25,567 nt of DNA from the IMG/VR virus record IMGVR_UViG_2925914267_000006, positions 1 to 25,567 of that record; one strand, written 5' to 3'. Under the pieces are notes generated by a model. That model made no database searches. It had not been told where the DNA came from and worked only from the letters and a program-made list of their open reading frames with translations. Shown in pieces: positions 10,758 through 18,728 of this stretch (positions within the stretch are counted from its first letter, which is position 1; each line of letters begins with the position of its first letter). Source of the stretch: a virus. Taxonomy: Duplodnaviria; Heunggongvirae; Uroviricota; Caudoviricetes. Position numbers and translations under genes: made by a program.

Positions 10758-11375
10758 CTAACGTTGTTTAATAACATTCTGACGCAAATGTGGCAATTGT
10801 ACTCGACTCCACTTATCATCCTGCCACGGCTGGAATTTTACATGTGCCGTTTCTCTGGCGAGGATTGCTCGCGCTCTGGTGAGTATCTGGGGATATTCTT
10901 GCTCGATGGAAGTGAAGCGACCAGCTTCACGATGCTCCGCAACCTGAAGAAGAGGAGTAACGTTCTGGCAGGCGGTTAACATCGCATCCCCAGCTCGCCA
11001 TAACCAAGCAAGTGTGCAAAGTTCGTTATCAGTGAATTGTTTTGTGATCGGGGATTGTTGAACTTCTCGATCGAGAATATCCAGAACCCAGCGGCGGAAC
11101 TCTTTGGCTACAGGAGTTCGTGCAAACATGGCGATCAAATGAGCTCCGCGAAGGCTAAATACTCGAGACTCCTGCATTCCACGAGGGGTGGTCACTTTGA
11201 CCACCCTTGTCATCATATCTGTAAATTCATCTGAGTGACGAGAGTAAATGCGCTGAACTGCTTTATCGTCCGCATATTCCAGAGCTAAACCAACTTCAGT
11301 GGCAGTAAGCCAAATTCTGTTATTGTGGCAAATTGGGGTAAACGTCGTTTTGTGGAATGCTAATTGAGTAGTCAT
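10758..11375 (-). CDS. Bro-N / antirepressor-like DNA-binding protein
   Basis: The N-terminal pattern (FHKTTFTPICHNNRIWLTATEVGLALEYADDKAVQRIY...RVFSLRGAHLIAMFARTPVAKEFRRWVLDIL) resembles Bro-N domains of phage antirepressors. Family assignment is from recall only. Confidence 0.55.
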   Translation of the reverse strand: MTTQLAFHKTTFTPICHNNRIWLTATEVGLALEYADDKAVQRIYSRHSDEFTDMMTRVVKVTTPRGMQESRVFSLRGAHLIAMFARTPVAKEFRRWVLDILDREVQQSPITKQFTDNELCTLAWLWRAGDAMLTACQNVTPLLQVAEHREAGRFTSIEQEYPQILTRARAILARETAHVKFQPWQDDKWSRVQLPHLRQNVIKQR

Positions 11376-11530
11376 AGTTTCACCTCATCAGGTTAACCAT
11401 CACCACCAACGACGCCAATCGACTGGTGGTGAACTGTGCAAGGTTGGCGTAACCGGCTACTCAAATCCGGCGCTCCCGAAGAAGCCCTCACACAGCCCAC
11501 CATAATTTGGGCGTAGCCGTGCTTAGCGCA

Positions 11531-11552
11531 TAAAAAAACCGCTTAACGCGGT
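11531..11552 (-). terminator. Weak minus-strand terminator candidate upstream of the Bro-N-like gene
   Basis: On the minus strand ccgc-gttaa-gcgg is followed by a run of seven T; the stem is short. Confidence 0.3.
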
Positions 11553-11638
11553 ATGCGTTGAGTAGTATTCCGGGACGCCAATCCCGTGTGCCGATTTTGC
11601 GGCAACGCACAGAATATATCCCCAGATAAATCATGTCG

Positions 11639-11728
11639 TCAACCCCAGTAAATGGACACCATGATGATCACAGCCATAGCTGCTACAACAGTTACAACTA
11701 CCTCAGGCCAAAACATAACGATTTCCAT
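11639..11728 (-). CDS. Possible 29-aa hydrophobic peptide (MEIVMFWPEVVVTVVAAMAVIIMVSIYWG)
   Basis: Single predicted transmembrane helix with an AGGTGA-like ribosome-binding site close to the ATG. It is the 3' end of an 82-aa GTG-initiated ORF and may not be coding. Confidence 0.3.
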   Translation of the reverse strand: MEIVMFWPEVVVTVVAAMAVIIMVSIYWG

Positions 11729-11794
11729 ATCACCTTTAGCCGCCAGACGAATAGAGACTCCCAATTCTGGCTGTCGAAGTAAAACACCGAATGT

Positions 11795-11902
11795 AAAAAA
11801 TCGTAGGTGCATTTCTGCATCTGTGAATGGAGAAGATAGGTTGGATTGTATGTGCGCATAAACGTCCCCGTTTAGCGCAGAAGTCACCGGAGTTGTTCAG
11901 GC
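11795..11902 (-). repeat. Copy B of the same two-box repeat with a minus-strand terminator
   Basis: Box 1 and box 2 are conserved with copy A at the same ~50-nt spacing while the intervening sequence differs. The minus-strand stem is followed by a run of six T. Confidence 0.55.
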
Positions 11903-11986
11903 TCCGGCTTATTAATATTGCCTACTTACAATTAATTTTTCAACTGTTAGAAACTTATAATTAGCTGTCTCTTTGTAACTATCAAT

Positions 11987-12217
11987 TTAATTATTTTTCT
12001 TTAACTTGAAATTTCTTCCCATTGCTAGTGTTCTTCGAAGATTCGAATCATAAGCTGGTTGATAATATCTATCATAAAAATCCTTAATTGTCTGATGGTA
12101 AGTATCCAGCATCAAACCATAAAACCCCATGACCTTAAGATAATCCACCAAGGGAAATAAATAATCATCAGTCTGAACATCAGTATCAACATTATTTTTT
12201 TTGTTTTTTAACTTCAA
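11987..12217 (-). CDS. 76-aa ORF overlapping the 3' end of the STAND NTPase gene; possibly its frameshifted C-terminal extension
   Basis: TTG-initiated ORF in another frame relative to the NTPase; the two frames cross within an 8-nt A tract (T8 on the plus strand at about 12191-12198). AT-rich by eye. Confidence 0.35.
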   Translation of the reverse strand: MKLKNKKNNVDTDVQTDDYLFPLVDYLKVMGFYGLMLDTYHQTIKDFYDRYYQPAYDSNLRRTLAMGRNFKLKKNN

Positions 12218-13919
12218 ATTTGTATAAGTTTAACTCACCCTTATCCATCGTGCATGAAAAAAGGTCGTCAAAAATCAAATCAATTTTTGTCATAGGAACT
12301 CGTTCTTTTCCAGACATTATAGGTAGAATATCAATACCTAAGAGCGAACCTAATACAAAGTCGTAATGAAGCGAAATCACTGAGTCATTCGATGTCGAGT
12401 TGCCTTTGATAAATACTCTACTTAGTGCCGAGTCAAAAACATTCTCAACTCTCTCTCTCGTCATGTTTGCGACATCTACAACCCCCATATCACGAGAAGC
12501 TTTTATTGTGATTTCATCTATAAATGCTTTGGAATCTAGTGAATGTAAAAACAACATGAAGTTATCTAACTGTTCAGAGCATTTAATAGCCACCATAAGA
12601 TTTTCGTATATATCTTTTTTATACTCAATCGGTAAATTTGCTACCGCAAAAGCAGCATAAAATTCTTGCACTGATTTATGCAGAAAAACATACCTATTAT
12701 TTCCCTCAGGTTGGATAAGGCAAGTTATCTCAATAAGATCATCTATAAAGTTTGATGCATCTTCTTTAAGATAACCTTCTGTTTCAATAGCATCTTCAGC
12801 ATATCTAAGCAACTCCTCTCCCCAAAACTCAAATTTCTCCTCAATCAGTGCGTTATAGCAAATAGCTGAAAAACACAATTTAGCTTTTTCACCAATAATG
12901 TTTGATTTTTTCTCGCGCGTATATACTTTTATTTTATCATGCCTTGCATATAAGGTGTCAAAGAGGCTTCGATAAAACTCTATTATATTATTTGGAATAT
13001 CATTCATATAAGGATAACAATAATACAAAAGAGTAACTAAAATTGGATTGCAAATAGTTCCCTCAAGTTCTTCTTTATCACATAGTAAATCCGCCAAGAC
13101 TTTAAACGAGGCATCACTACTTGAGAATCTGTCATTTTTCGATAAAGAATGAAGAATACAAATCTTATCAGAAATATTTAGCTTATCTATAAAAATATTA
13201 TACACATCAGTAGTATAACATATATCTGTATTTGGTCTCGTTGTTGCGATAATTGGTGTGTTAAAATGATAATGAATGTTTTTTATTTCATTCATCATCA
13301 TAGTTCGCTCTTCATGTTTAACCTCATCAAATCCATCCAACATTAAAACGACTCTTTGGGATTGCAGTAATATTTTCAAGCTATCCTCTGAACACCCCAC
13401 ACCAAATGAATTAAGAATGTCTGCCAGATAAGCAATAATATTTGCATTCTTCACCCTTCTTAATTCAATAAAAAAAGGTATCCGTTCTGATTTTTTTATT
13501 TCCTCGCTAAACAACTTGCGTAAAATAGTACTTTTCCCTTGCCCCGCTATACCGACTATATTTACAATACCATGAAATGGTAAAGTGACCCCATCTTTTA
13601 TAACGACCTTGTCTTTATTAGATGCCACCTCAACAGTTAACGGATAATAAATATCATCTAAAAAAATATCATAATCAGCGTTGTGCAAAGTTCTCATTTT
13701 CAGAGATGGTAGCACATGCTTTCTTAAATAATTTTCTCTCCCGAGGGGATCATTTAATTGTTCGAGTATAACCTTGCCTTCATCTAGGTCCCTAGCCCAA
13801 GGTTTAGAGAGCAATACTTCTGTTATTTTTTCCGCAGCTTTTCCTACTGTGCTATTAATAATAGTCGCAAGAAACTCATCCATTTTTTCACCACATTCAT
13901 TAACCAATACGTGGTGCAT
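12192..13919 (-). CDS. STAND-class P-loop NTPase (NACHT-like), candidate antiphage or abortive-infection protein
   Basis: Walker A (GIAGQGKST), Walker B of NACHT type (VVLMLDGFDEV) and a TTRP motif (IIATTRP) at NACHT-like spacing. Both the gene and its flanks look AT-rich by eye. The start is uncertain: ATG at 13919 or 13883, with the track's TTG at 13940. Confidence 0.7.
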   Translation of the reverse strand: MHHVLVNECGEKMDEFLATIINSTVGKAAEKITEVLLSKPWARDLDEGKVILEQLNDPLGRENYLRKHVLPSLKMRTLHNADYDIFLDDIYYPLTVEVASNKDKVVIKDGVTLPFHGIVNIVGIAGQGKSTILRKLFSEEIKKSERIPFFIELRRVKNANIIAYLADILNSFGVGCSEDSLKILLQSQRVVLMLDGFDEVKHEERTMMMNEIKNIHYHFNTPIIATTRPNTDICYTTDVYNIFIDKLNISDKICILHSLSKNDRFSSSDASFKVLADLLCDKEELEGTICNPILVTLLYYCYPYMNDIPNNIIEFYRSLFDTLYARHDKIKVYTREKKSNIIGEKAKLCFSAICYNALIEEKFEFWGEELLRYAEDAIETEGYLKEDASNFIDDLIEITCLIQPEGNNRYVFLHKSVQEFYAAFAVANLPIEYKKDIYENLMVAIKCSEQLDNFMLFLHSLDSKAFIDEITIKASRDMGVVDVANMTRERVENVFDSALSRVFIKGNSTSNDSVISLHYDFVLGSLLGIDILPIMSGKERVPMTKIDLIFDDLFSCTMDKGELNLYKFEVKKQKK

Positions 13920-14271
13920 TCTTACAAGACTCAGTAACAATTGTCAATCATAGGTTTTCGCATGATTGCAAAACGCCATAAACAATTGTAGCACCATAAT
14001 TTTAAACACTATATAATATACAACCTTCCTACAAGCATTCAGTACATCGCTTAATCACAGGGCTTGAATATATAGTAAGGAATCGATATTAATCACCTCA
14101 TCTACTTTAAACATCTTACACACCTATAATTTATAATAGTCAACACGAGGTCATCATATTAAACATGCAATTACAAACATTCATTTTTATATAAATTTTC
14201 ATGATTTAACCGTAGAGCGACGGTAATAAATTTCATATACAAGGATTTAAGCTCCCATACGTTTTCTATTA

Positions 14272-14451
14272 TTAAAAATAACATACCGTTCGCCAGACCT
14301 TACCATCAATGACCAGGATTCCTGCCCGCGCCATTTTTGCCGCAGCCTGATTTATGCTGGTTAATGTCACACCTGTTGTCGCAGCAACGTCCGGCGCACA
14401 GAAGCTCTTGTGCGTCCCCAGGTAATGAATAATTGCTTCTTTTCCCGTCAT
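14272..14451 (-). pseudogene. ren: Truncated ren (59 codons, lambda Ren is 96 aa)
   Basis: Hand translation gives MTGKEAIIHYLGTHKSFCAPDVAATTGVTLTSINQAAAKMARAGILVIDGKVWRTVCYF*, matching the N-terminal part of lambda Ren. The ATG overlaps the P stop, and the frame ends where the AT-rich island begins. Confidence 0.75.
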
Positions 14452-15149
14452 ACACTGGCTCCTTTCAGTCCGAACTTAGCTTTGATTTCTGCAATCTTCG
14501 CCAGAGCCTGTGCACGATTTAGAGGTCTACCGCCCATGACAGGAAGTTGTTTTACTGGTTCAGGTATAACCTCACCACGGTTAATTCTCGCAGTCATATG
14601 GGCAAGTTCATCGGCAGCCTTGCGCCGTAATTCCGAGTCAGTCAACGCATTAGCCCGCATGTTCTGATACAGGTTGGTAACCAGCCAGTAGTGCGCGTTT
14701 GATTTCCACGGATAAGACTCTGCGTCCGGATACAGGCCACGCTTCCGGCAATACTCGTAAACCATATCAACCAGCTCGCTGGCGTTTGGCAGTCCGGCGG
14801 TAACGGATGCTTCTTCCCGGCACCAGGCGACAAACTGCCCGGGTGATGGCAGGAATGGTCGATTCTGCCGACGGGCTACGCGCATTCCTGCGTTAACCTG
14901 TTCCATTGTGGTGATCCCGTTTTCCCGGAAAGCCAGAACCCACTGGCGGCGGATTTCGTTCAGTTCGTTCTGGTCCCGGTTAGCCAGGCTCGCCGGGAAA
15001 GTTGCCAGTAACTGGCTGAACACACCGTTGATGATCCGCGCTACCTGCTGTACCTGCGGCTTTTCGTCGTACTGTTCCGGCATGTTGTTGGCGATCCGGC
15101 GCATCTGCTCACGGTCAAAGTTAACCATCTGTGCGGCGATGTTTTTCAT
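14448..15149 (-). CDS. P: Lambda P replication protein (DnaB helicase loader)
   Basis: 233-aa protein nearly identical to lambda P as recalled (MKNIAAQMVNFDREQMRRIANNMPEQYDEKPQVQQVA...). Confidence 0.93.
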   Translation of the reverse strand: MKNIAAQMVNFDREQMRRIANNMPEQYDEKPQVQQVARIINGVFSQLLATFPASLANRDQNELNEIRRQWVLAFRENGITTMEQVNAGMRVARRQNRPFLPSPGQFVAWCREEASVTAGLPNASELVDMVYEYCRKRGLYPDAESYPWKSNAHYWLVTNLYQNMRANALTDSELRRKAADELAHMTARINRGEVIPEPVKQLPVMGGRPLNRAQALAKIAEIKAKFGLKGASV

Positions 15150-16075
15150 AAATCCACCCCATAAATCCAGTCAGTGTTTGTCAGGTCGAGTTTTGATTTT
15201 CCGGCTGTCACGCCAGCCTGTTGCTTGTTACGGTTGATTTCGAGTTGGGTCCACTTGTCGCGGAGTTTGGCCGGACTTAGCACGTTACCGGACCAGAAGT
15301 TGTCCTGGCATGCCCAGCGGAACAGCACGCACATGTCGCGGTGGTTACGTCCGTCACGTTCACGCATCAGGCGGATATCGTTAGCCCACCCTGCAAAATT
15401 CGGTTTTCTGGCTGATGGCGCGATGGTCTTCACCATGTCAAACATCCACTCTGCGGCGGTCAGGTCTTCTGCTGTCCCCCACCTGCTGCCGCTCTGAATT
15501 GCAGCATCTGGTTTCTCCACAGGAAGATCGTTTTCTGGTTGGTCAGAGGATTCGCCAGAATTCTCGGACGAAAAAGGTTTTATATTGTCTTTTGTTAGTT
15601 TGTCTTTTGTGTTTACCTGATTCGGGTAAACGCCTTTACCTGATTTGGGTAAACTTTTCTTACCTGATTCAGGTAAATTTACCTCTTTCAGGTAAACTTT
15701 ATTTTTCTTACCTGATTCGGGTAATGTTGACCATTCACTGACCACATTATTAATGCCGATATTCCGCCCGCTCTGAATAAGAATCCCACGCTTTACCAGA
15801 ACGCTTTTTGCAGCAGAACACTTGTGCGGCAATATCCCGGTCAACTCGGAAAGTTGCTCGTTGCTCACCCAATCCAGTTTTTTATTAAAGCCATATGTTT
15901 TGCGCATGACAGCCAGGAAGACCAGAAGCTGGTGCTGTGTTAATCCGGCCAGCATCACAGCTTCCAGCAACTCATTTGCAATGCGCGTATAACCATCATC
16001 GAGATCTGCCACGCGCGGCTCCTTTTGTGCCGCATCCGGCACTGGAAAATTGAATATCTCAGCAGTGTTTGCCAT
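15146..16075 (-). CDS. O: Lambda O-family replication initiator
   Basis: The N-terminus (ADLDDGYTRIANELLEA...) resembles lambda O and iterons lie inside the coding sequence. The start is placed at the internal ATG (MANTAEIF...), which has a GGGAGG ribosome-binding site. Confidence 0.8.
   Translation of the reverse strand: MANTAEIFNFPVPDAAQKEPRVADLDDGYTRIANELLEAVMLAGLTQHQLLVFLAVMRKTYGFNKKLDWVSNEQLSELTGILPHKCSAAKSVLVKRGILIQSGRNIGINNVVSEWSTLPESGKKNKVYLKEVNLPESGKKSLPKSGKGVYPNQVNTKDKLTKDNIKPFSSENSGESSDQPENDLPVEKPDAAIQSGSRWGTAEDLTAAEWMFDMVKTIAPSARKPNFAGWANDIRLMRERDGRNHRDMCVLFRWACQDNFWSGNVLSPAKLRDKWTQLEINRNKQQAGVTAGKSKLDLTNTDWIYGVDL
15614..15726. repeat. Replication origin iterons: five copies of an ~18-bp repeat inside the O gene
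   Basis: tacctgattcgggtaaac (15614), tacctgatttgggtaaac (15637), tacctgattcaggtaaat (15661), tacctctttcaggtaaac (15680) and tacctgattcgggtaatg (15709); each is internally palindromic (tacc..ggta). An AT-rich stretch adjoins at about 15557-15612. Confidence 0.8.
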
Positions 16076-16161
16076 AATTCCTCCCGCAATGAGTGTGTTA
16101 CGATTTGCACCTGAAAGTCGGTTCTGTTCCAGCAGACCGGCTTTCGCCATTTCTGAACCTG

Positions 16162-16701
16162 TCATATCGCCCCCAGCATGGTAGTAACCATCGCCATCAA
16201 TGGACCAGCCAGATCTGGGTCCACACGAAACATCGACACAATACCTTCACTAATTTCCTTCAGTTTCTGGTGGCGTGGTGCGTTGAGAATGACAGCCTGT
16301 TTTGCCTCACTGAGTTCCTTTTCCATTTCAGCCAACCTAGCCATGAAGCTATCCTGCTCAACCAGGTAACCGCGATATTCCAGCGGTAGTACCGCCAGAA
16401 TTGCCGGGGTCAGTTCACGCACGTTATTTCGGTATTTTTCAGAATCGAATTTGTTATCGAGGAAGCGGAACAGCTTCTGGCGTGCACGGCTGACATCATC
16501 AGGGAAATCGATGGTGCCGCCGCCCTGCTCCCGATACTCATTCACAATGAGTGTGGCAACGACATCCTGGTTATCTACAGCCGACCAGGCGCGGACGGCA
16601 TCACGGATTTTTTCGTGGCCTGGCACCTGTTTTGTTTGAGAACGATTTATCACCGCAGTCGGGCTAAATCCGCTAGTCTGTTGGTATGTAAGTGGTTGCA
16701 T
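16162..16701 (-). CDS. YdaT-like protein in the cII position
   Basis: 179-aa ORF between the cro-like gene and O. Segments (IRDAVRAW, QKLFRFLDNK, LTPAILAVLP) resemble the Rac prophage YdaT as recalled. Confidence 0.5.
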   Translation of the reverse strand: MQPLTYQQTSGFSPTAVINRSQTKQVPGHEKIRDAVRAWSAVDNQDVVATLIVNEYREQGGGTIDFPDDVSRARQKLFRFLDNKFDSEKYRNNVRELTPAILAVLPLEYRGYLVEQDSFMARLAEMEKELSEAKQAVILNAPRHQKLKEISEGIVSMFRVDPDLAGPLMAMVTTMLGAI

Positions 16702-16770
16702 AATTGACTCCTTTAGTTTGAATTGACTGTTAAGTTGATTGCTTATTGTTAAAGAGCGTGAAATGGAAAT

Positions 16771-17001
16771 TTAAGCTGCGTTCTTTTCGGTGTGTGGAAA
16801 CAACTTCGGAAGATCCGGGCGAATCTGGTATGCCTTCACTACTCCACCAGTAGCCGTAACAATGCTGCCGACATGTTCAGGGGATACCTTTGCTTTGTTG
16901 TGAAGCCACTTATAGACGGCCTGCTGTGAAACTTCGCAAGCAGCGCCCAGTTTCTTTTGTGAACCAACGATATTGATCGCTGTTTTGATAGCTGGGTTCA
17001 T
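16771..17001 (-). CDS. Cro/YdaS-like HTH regulator in the cro position
   Basis: 76-aa ORF divergent from the repressor gene, with an HTH (GSQKKLGAACEVSQQAVYKWL) and a GGAGG ribosome-binding site. Confidence 0.7.
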   Translation of the reverse strand: MNPAIKTAINIVGSQKKLGAACEVSQQAVYKWLHNKAKVSPEHVGSIVTATGGVVKAYQIRPDLPKLFPHTEKNAA

Positions 17002-17105
17002 AACAACCTCCGTGGTTAATTTGAATCAAGATTAAAACTATGGTTGTTTTTAGTCAACAACCATTTTCGTTTGATGGAATAAAACCTTGGTTGTACATTT
17101 GGACT
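17002..17105. promoter_or_regulatory. Divergent immunity control region (OR / pR / pRM equivalent) with repeated AAAAC-N3-GGTTGT operator-like sites
   Basis: Intergenic region between the divergent cro-like and cI genes. It contains the 17-mers aaaactatggttgtttt (17035-17051) and aaaaccttggttgtaca (17081-17097) and the inverted repeat atggttgtt-N7-aacaaccat (17040-17064). Confidence 0.6.
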
Positions 17106-17795
17106 ATGAAAACAACACTCTCAGAAAGACTTAAAGAAGCCAGATTAGCGCGAGGCCTTACACAAAAGGCGCTTGGGGATTTGGTCGGGGTTAGCCAGGC
17201 TGCTATTCAGAAAATCGAAACAGGGAAAGCTAATCAAACAACTAAAATCGTGGAGATCGCGAACGCTTTGGGTGTGCGCGCAGAATGGTTATCTTCTGGC
17301 GTTGGAAATATGTCAGACAGTACAGTGCAACCAATACAATCAACTGTCAGCCATTCCAAATACTTCAAGATTGACGTTCTTGATATAGAAGTCAGTGCTG
17401 GGCCGGGAGTCATCAACCGTGAGTTTGTAGAAGTTCTACGCTCGGTTGAGTACTCGTTTGACGATGCTCGTCACATGTTCGATGGTAGGAAGGCGGAAAA
17501 TATCCGCATCATTAACGTGCGTGGTGACAGCATGTCAGGAACGATCGAACCAGGTGATCTGCTGTTCGTTGATATCACGGTTAAATCTTTCGACGGTGAT
17601 GGTATCTATGCGTTTCTGTACGACGACACAGCCCATGTAAAGCGCCTGCAAATGATGAAGGATAAGCTGCTGGTTATCTCTGATAACAAGAGCTACTCAC
17701 CGTGGGACCCGATCGAGAAAGACGAGATGAACCGGGTGTTCATCTTCGGTAAGGTTATTGGGAGCATGCCCCAGACGTACAGGAAACATGGATAA
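17106..17795 (+). CDS. cI: cI-type prophage repressor (HTH plus S24 LexA-like autopeptidase domain)
   Basis: N-terminal HTH (LTQKALGDLVGVSQAAIQKIE), Ala-Gly cleavage site (EVSAGPG), catalytic Ser (GDSM) and Lys (VKRL). The start is taken at the internal ATG (MKTTLSERLKEARL). Confidence 0.85.
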   Translation: MKTTLSERLKEARLARGLTQKALGDLVGVSQAAIQKIETGKANQTTKIVEIANALGVRAEWLSSGVGNMSDSTVQPIQSTVSHSKYFKIDVLDIEVSAGPGVINREFVEVLRSVEYSFDDARHMFDGRKAENIRIINVRGDSMSGTIEPGDLLFVDITVKSFDGDGIYAFLYDDTAHVKRLQMMKDKLLVISDNKSYSPWDPIEKDEMNRVFIFGKVIGSMPQTYRKHG

Positions 17796-17861
17796 TCAGT
17801 ACTGTGCTGATGAGTCGTTTAGGGGATAGTAAATTTAATTAGAATTAGACGAGAGCGATTT

Positions 17862-18725
17862 ATGGATTGTGACGCTTTACAGGATATAAAAATCTCTCTT
17901 AGGTATGACGGAAAAGATGCTTTAAATCATGAAATAGATTTGAACTGCCTAGGAGAATCCCTAAAGGGTTTTTCTAAAGTTCTCTCAACAGCAGCTTCTT
18001 TCTCTGTTACACAAAAATATAGTAAATACATTAATTATCAGGAAGTTAAGGTTTACGCACGCGAAGCAAAAGCTAACTGCTTTACTCTTGAAGCAGTTCT
18101 TAACTTCGCCACTCAGAACCAGTTGTTCTCGGGGATCGCCGCAACTATACTTGGCGCAATACTACAATATATTTTTGCGAGAAATTCTAACAAGAAAGAT
18201 GAAATGAAAGCTTTGCAGCAGTCACTTGAAAAGGCCATAGAGGCACTAGGAAACAAGGATGCTGGAACCATTGATAAGTTGATCTCTTTGATTGACCGAA
18301 TGGCTGTAGAGCTTCGCCCCTCTGTAAGGCAGGCAGTATCACCTATTGGTAATACTTGCGATCAGATAAGTGTTGCAACAAATGTTGACGGCTGCCTTCT
18401 AAAAGTTAACGAGAGAGATAAAGCTGAAATTGATAGGCTTGATGATGATGAAGTTCTCGGTCTTCGTGAGTATCGTGCTTTTCTTACAGAATTTGATGCA
18501 CAAAATATGACAGCTAAAATAATTTTAGATGGTGATGACTCAAAAAAGAGAATCACTGCTGAAATTAGCGATCCAGCTGCAGGAAAGAAGAATAACCCGT
18601 ATATTAGAGCTCTTAGTGCATATATATCAACCAAAGGTGATCCATCTGCAGTATTCACTATAACCGCAAAGGCTACTGTTAAAAAAGGCCAGATAAACAG
18701 GTTATTTATTGTAGATGCGAAATGA
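17862..18725 (+). CDS. Unrecognised 287-aa protein downstream of the repressor on the same strand (rex position), candidate exclusion gene
   Basis: Follows cI after 66 bp and is closed by a strong terminator. It has one central hydrophobic segment ([18 protein letters not shown]), no resemblance to lambda RexA/RexB, and looks AT-rich by eye. Confidence 0.6.
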   Translation: MDCDALQDIKISLRYDGKDALNHEIDLNCLGESLKGFSKVLSTAASFSVTQKYSKYINYQEVKVYAREAKANCFTLEAVLNFATQNQLFSGIAATILGAILQYIFARNSNKKDEMKALQQSLEKAIEALGNKDAGTIDKLISLIDRMAVELRPSVRQAVSPIGNTCDQISVATNVDGCLLKVNERDKAEIDRLDDDEVLGLREYRAFLTEFDAQNMTAKIILDGDDSKKRITAEISDPAAGKKNNPYIRALSAYISTKGDPSAVFTITAKATVKKGQINRLFIVDAK

Positions 18726-18728
18726 TTT

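Noticed and set aside
11400-11530. Possible tRNA or attachment site in the GC-rich intergenic stretch upstream of the Bro-N-like gene
   Set aside because: I could not find a cloverleaf with acceptor stem and anticodon arm by eye; without a covariance search this is not supportable.
11639-11887. Hok/Gef-type type I toxin for the hydrophobic peptide ORF
   Set aside because: The peptide does not match the Hok family sequence as I recall it (no conserved Cys/Arg pattern). It is kept only as an unclassified hydrophobic peptide at low confidence.
15600-15730. Regularly spaced short repeats that could be mistaken for a CRISPR array
   Set aside because: They are ~18-bp iterons with spacers of only a few bp, lying inside the O coding sequence, which is the classic lambdoid origin. 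There is no leader, no cas genes and no CRISPR-length spacers.
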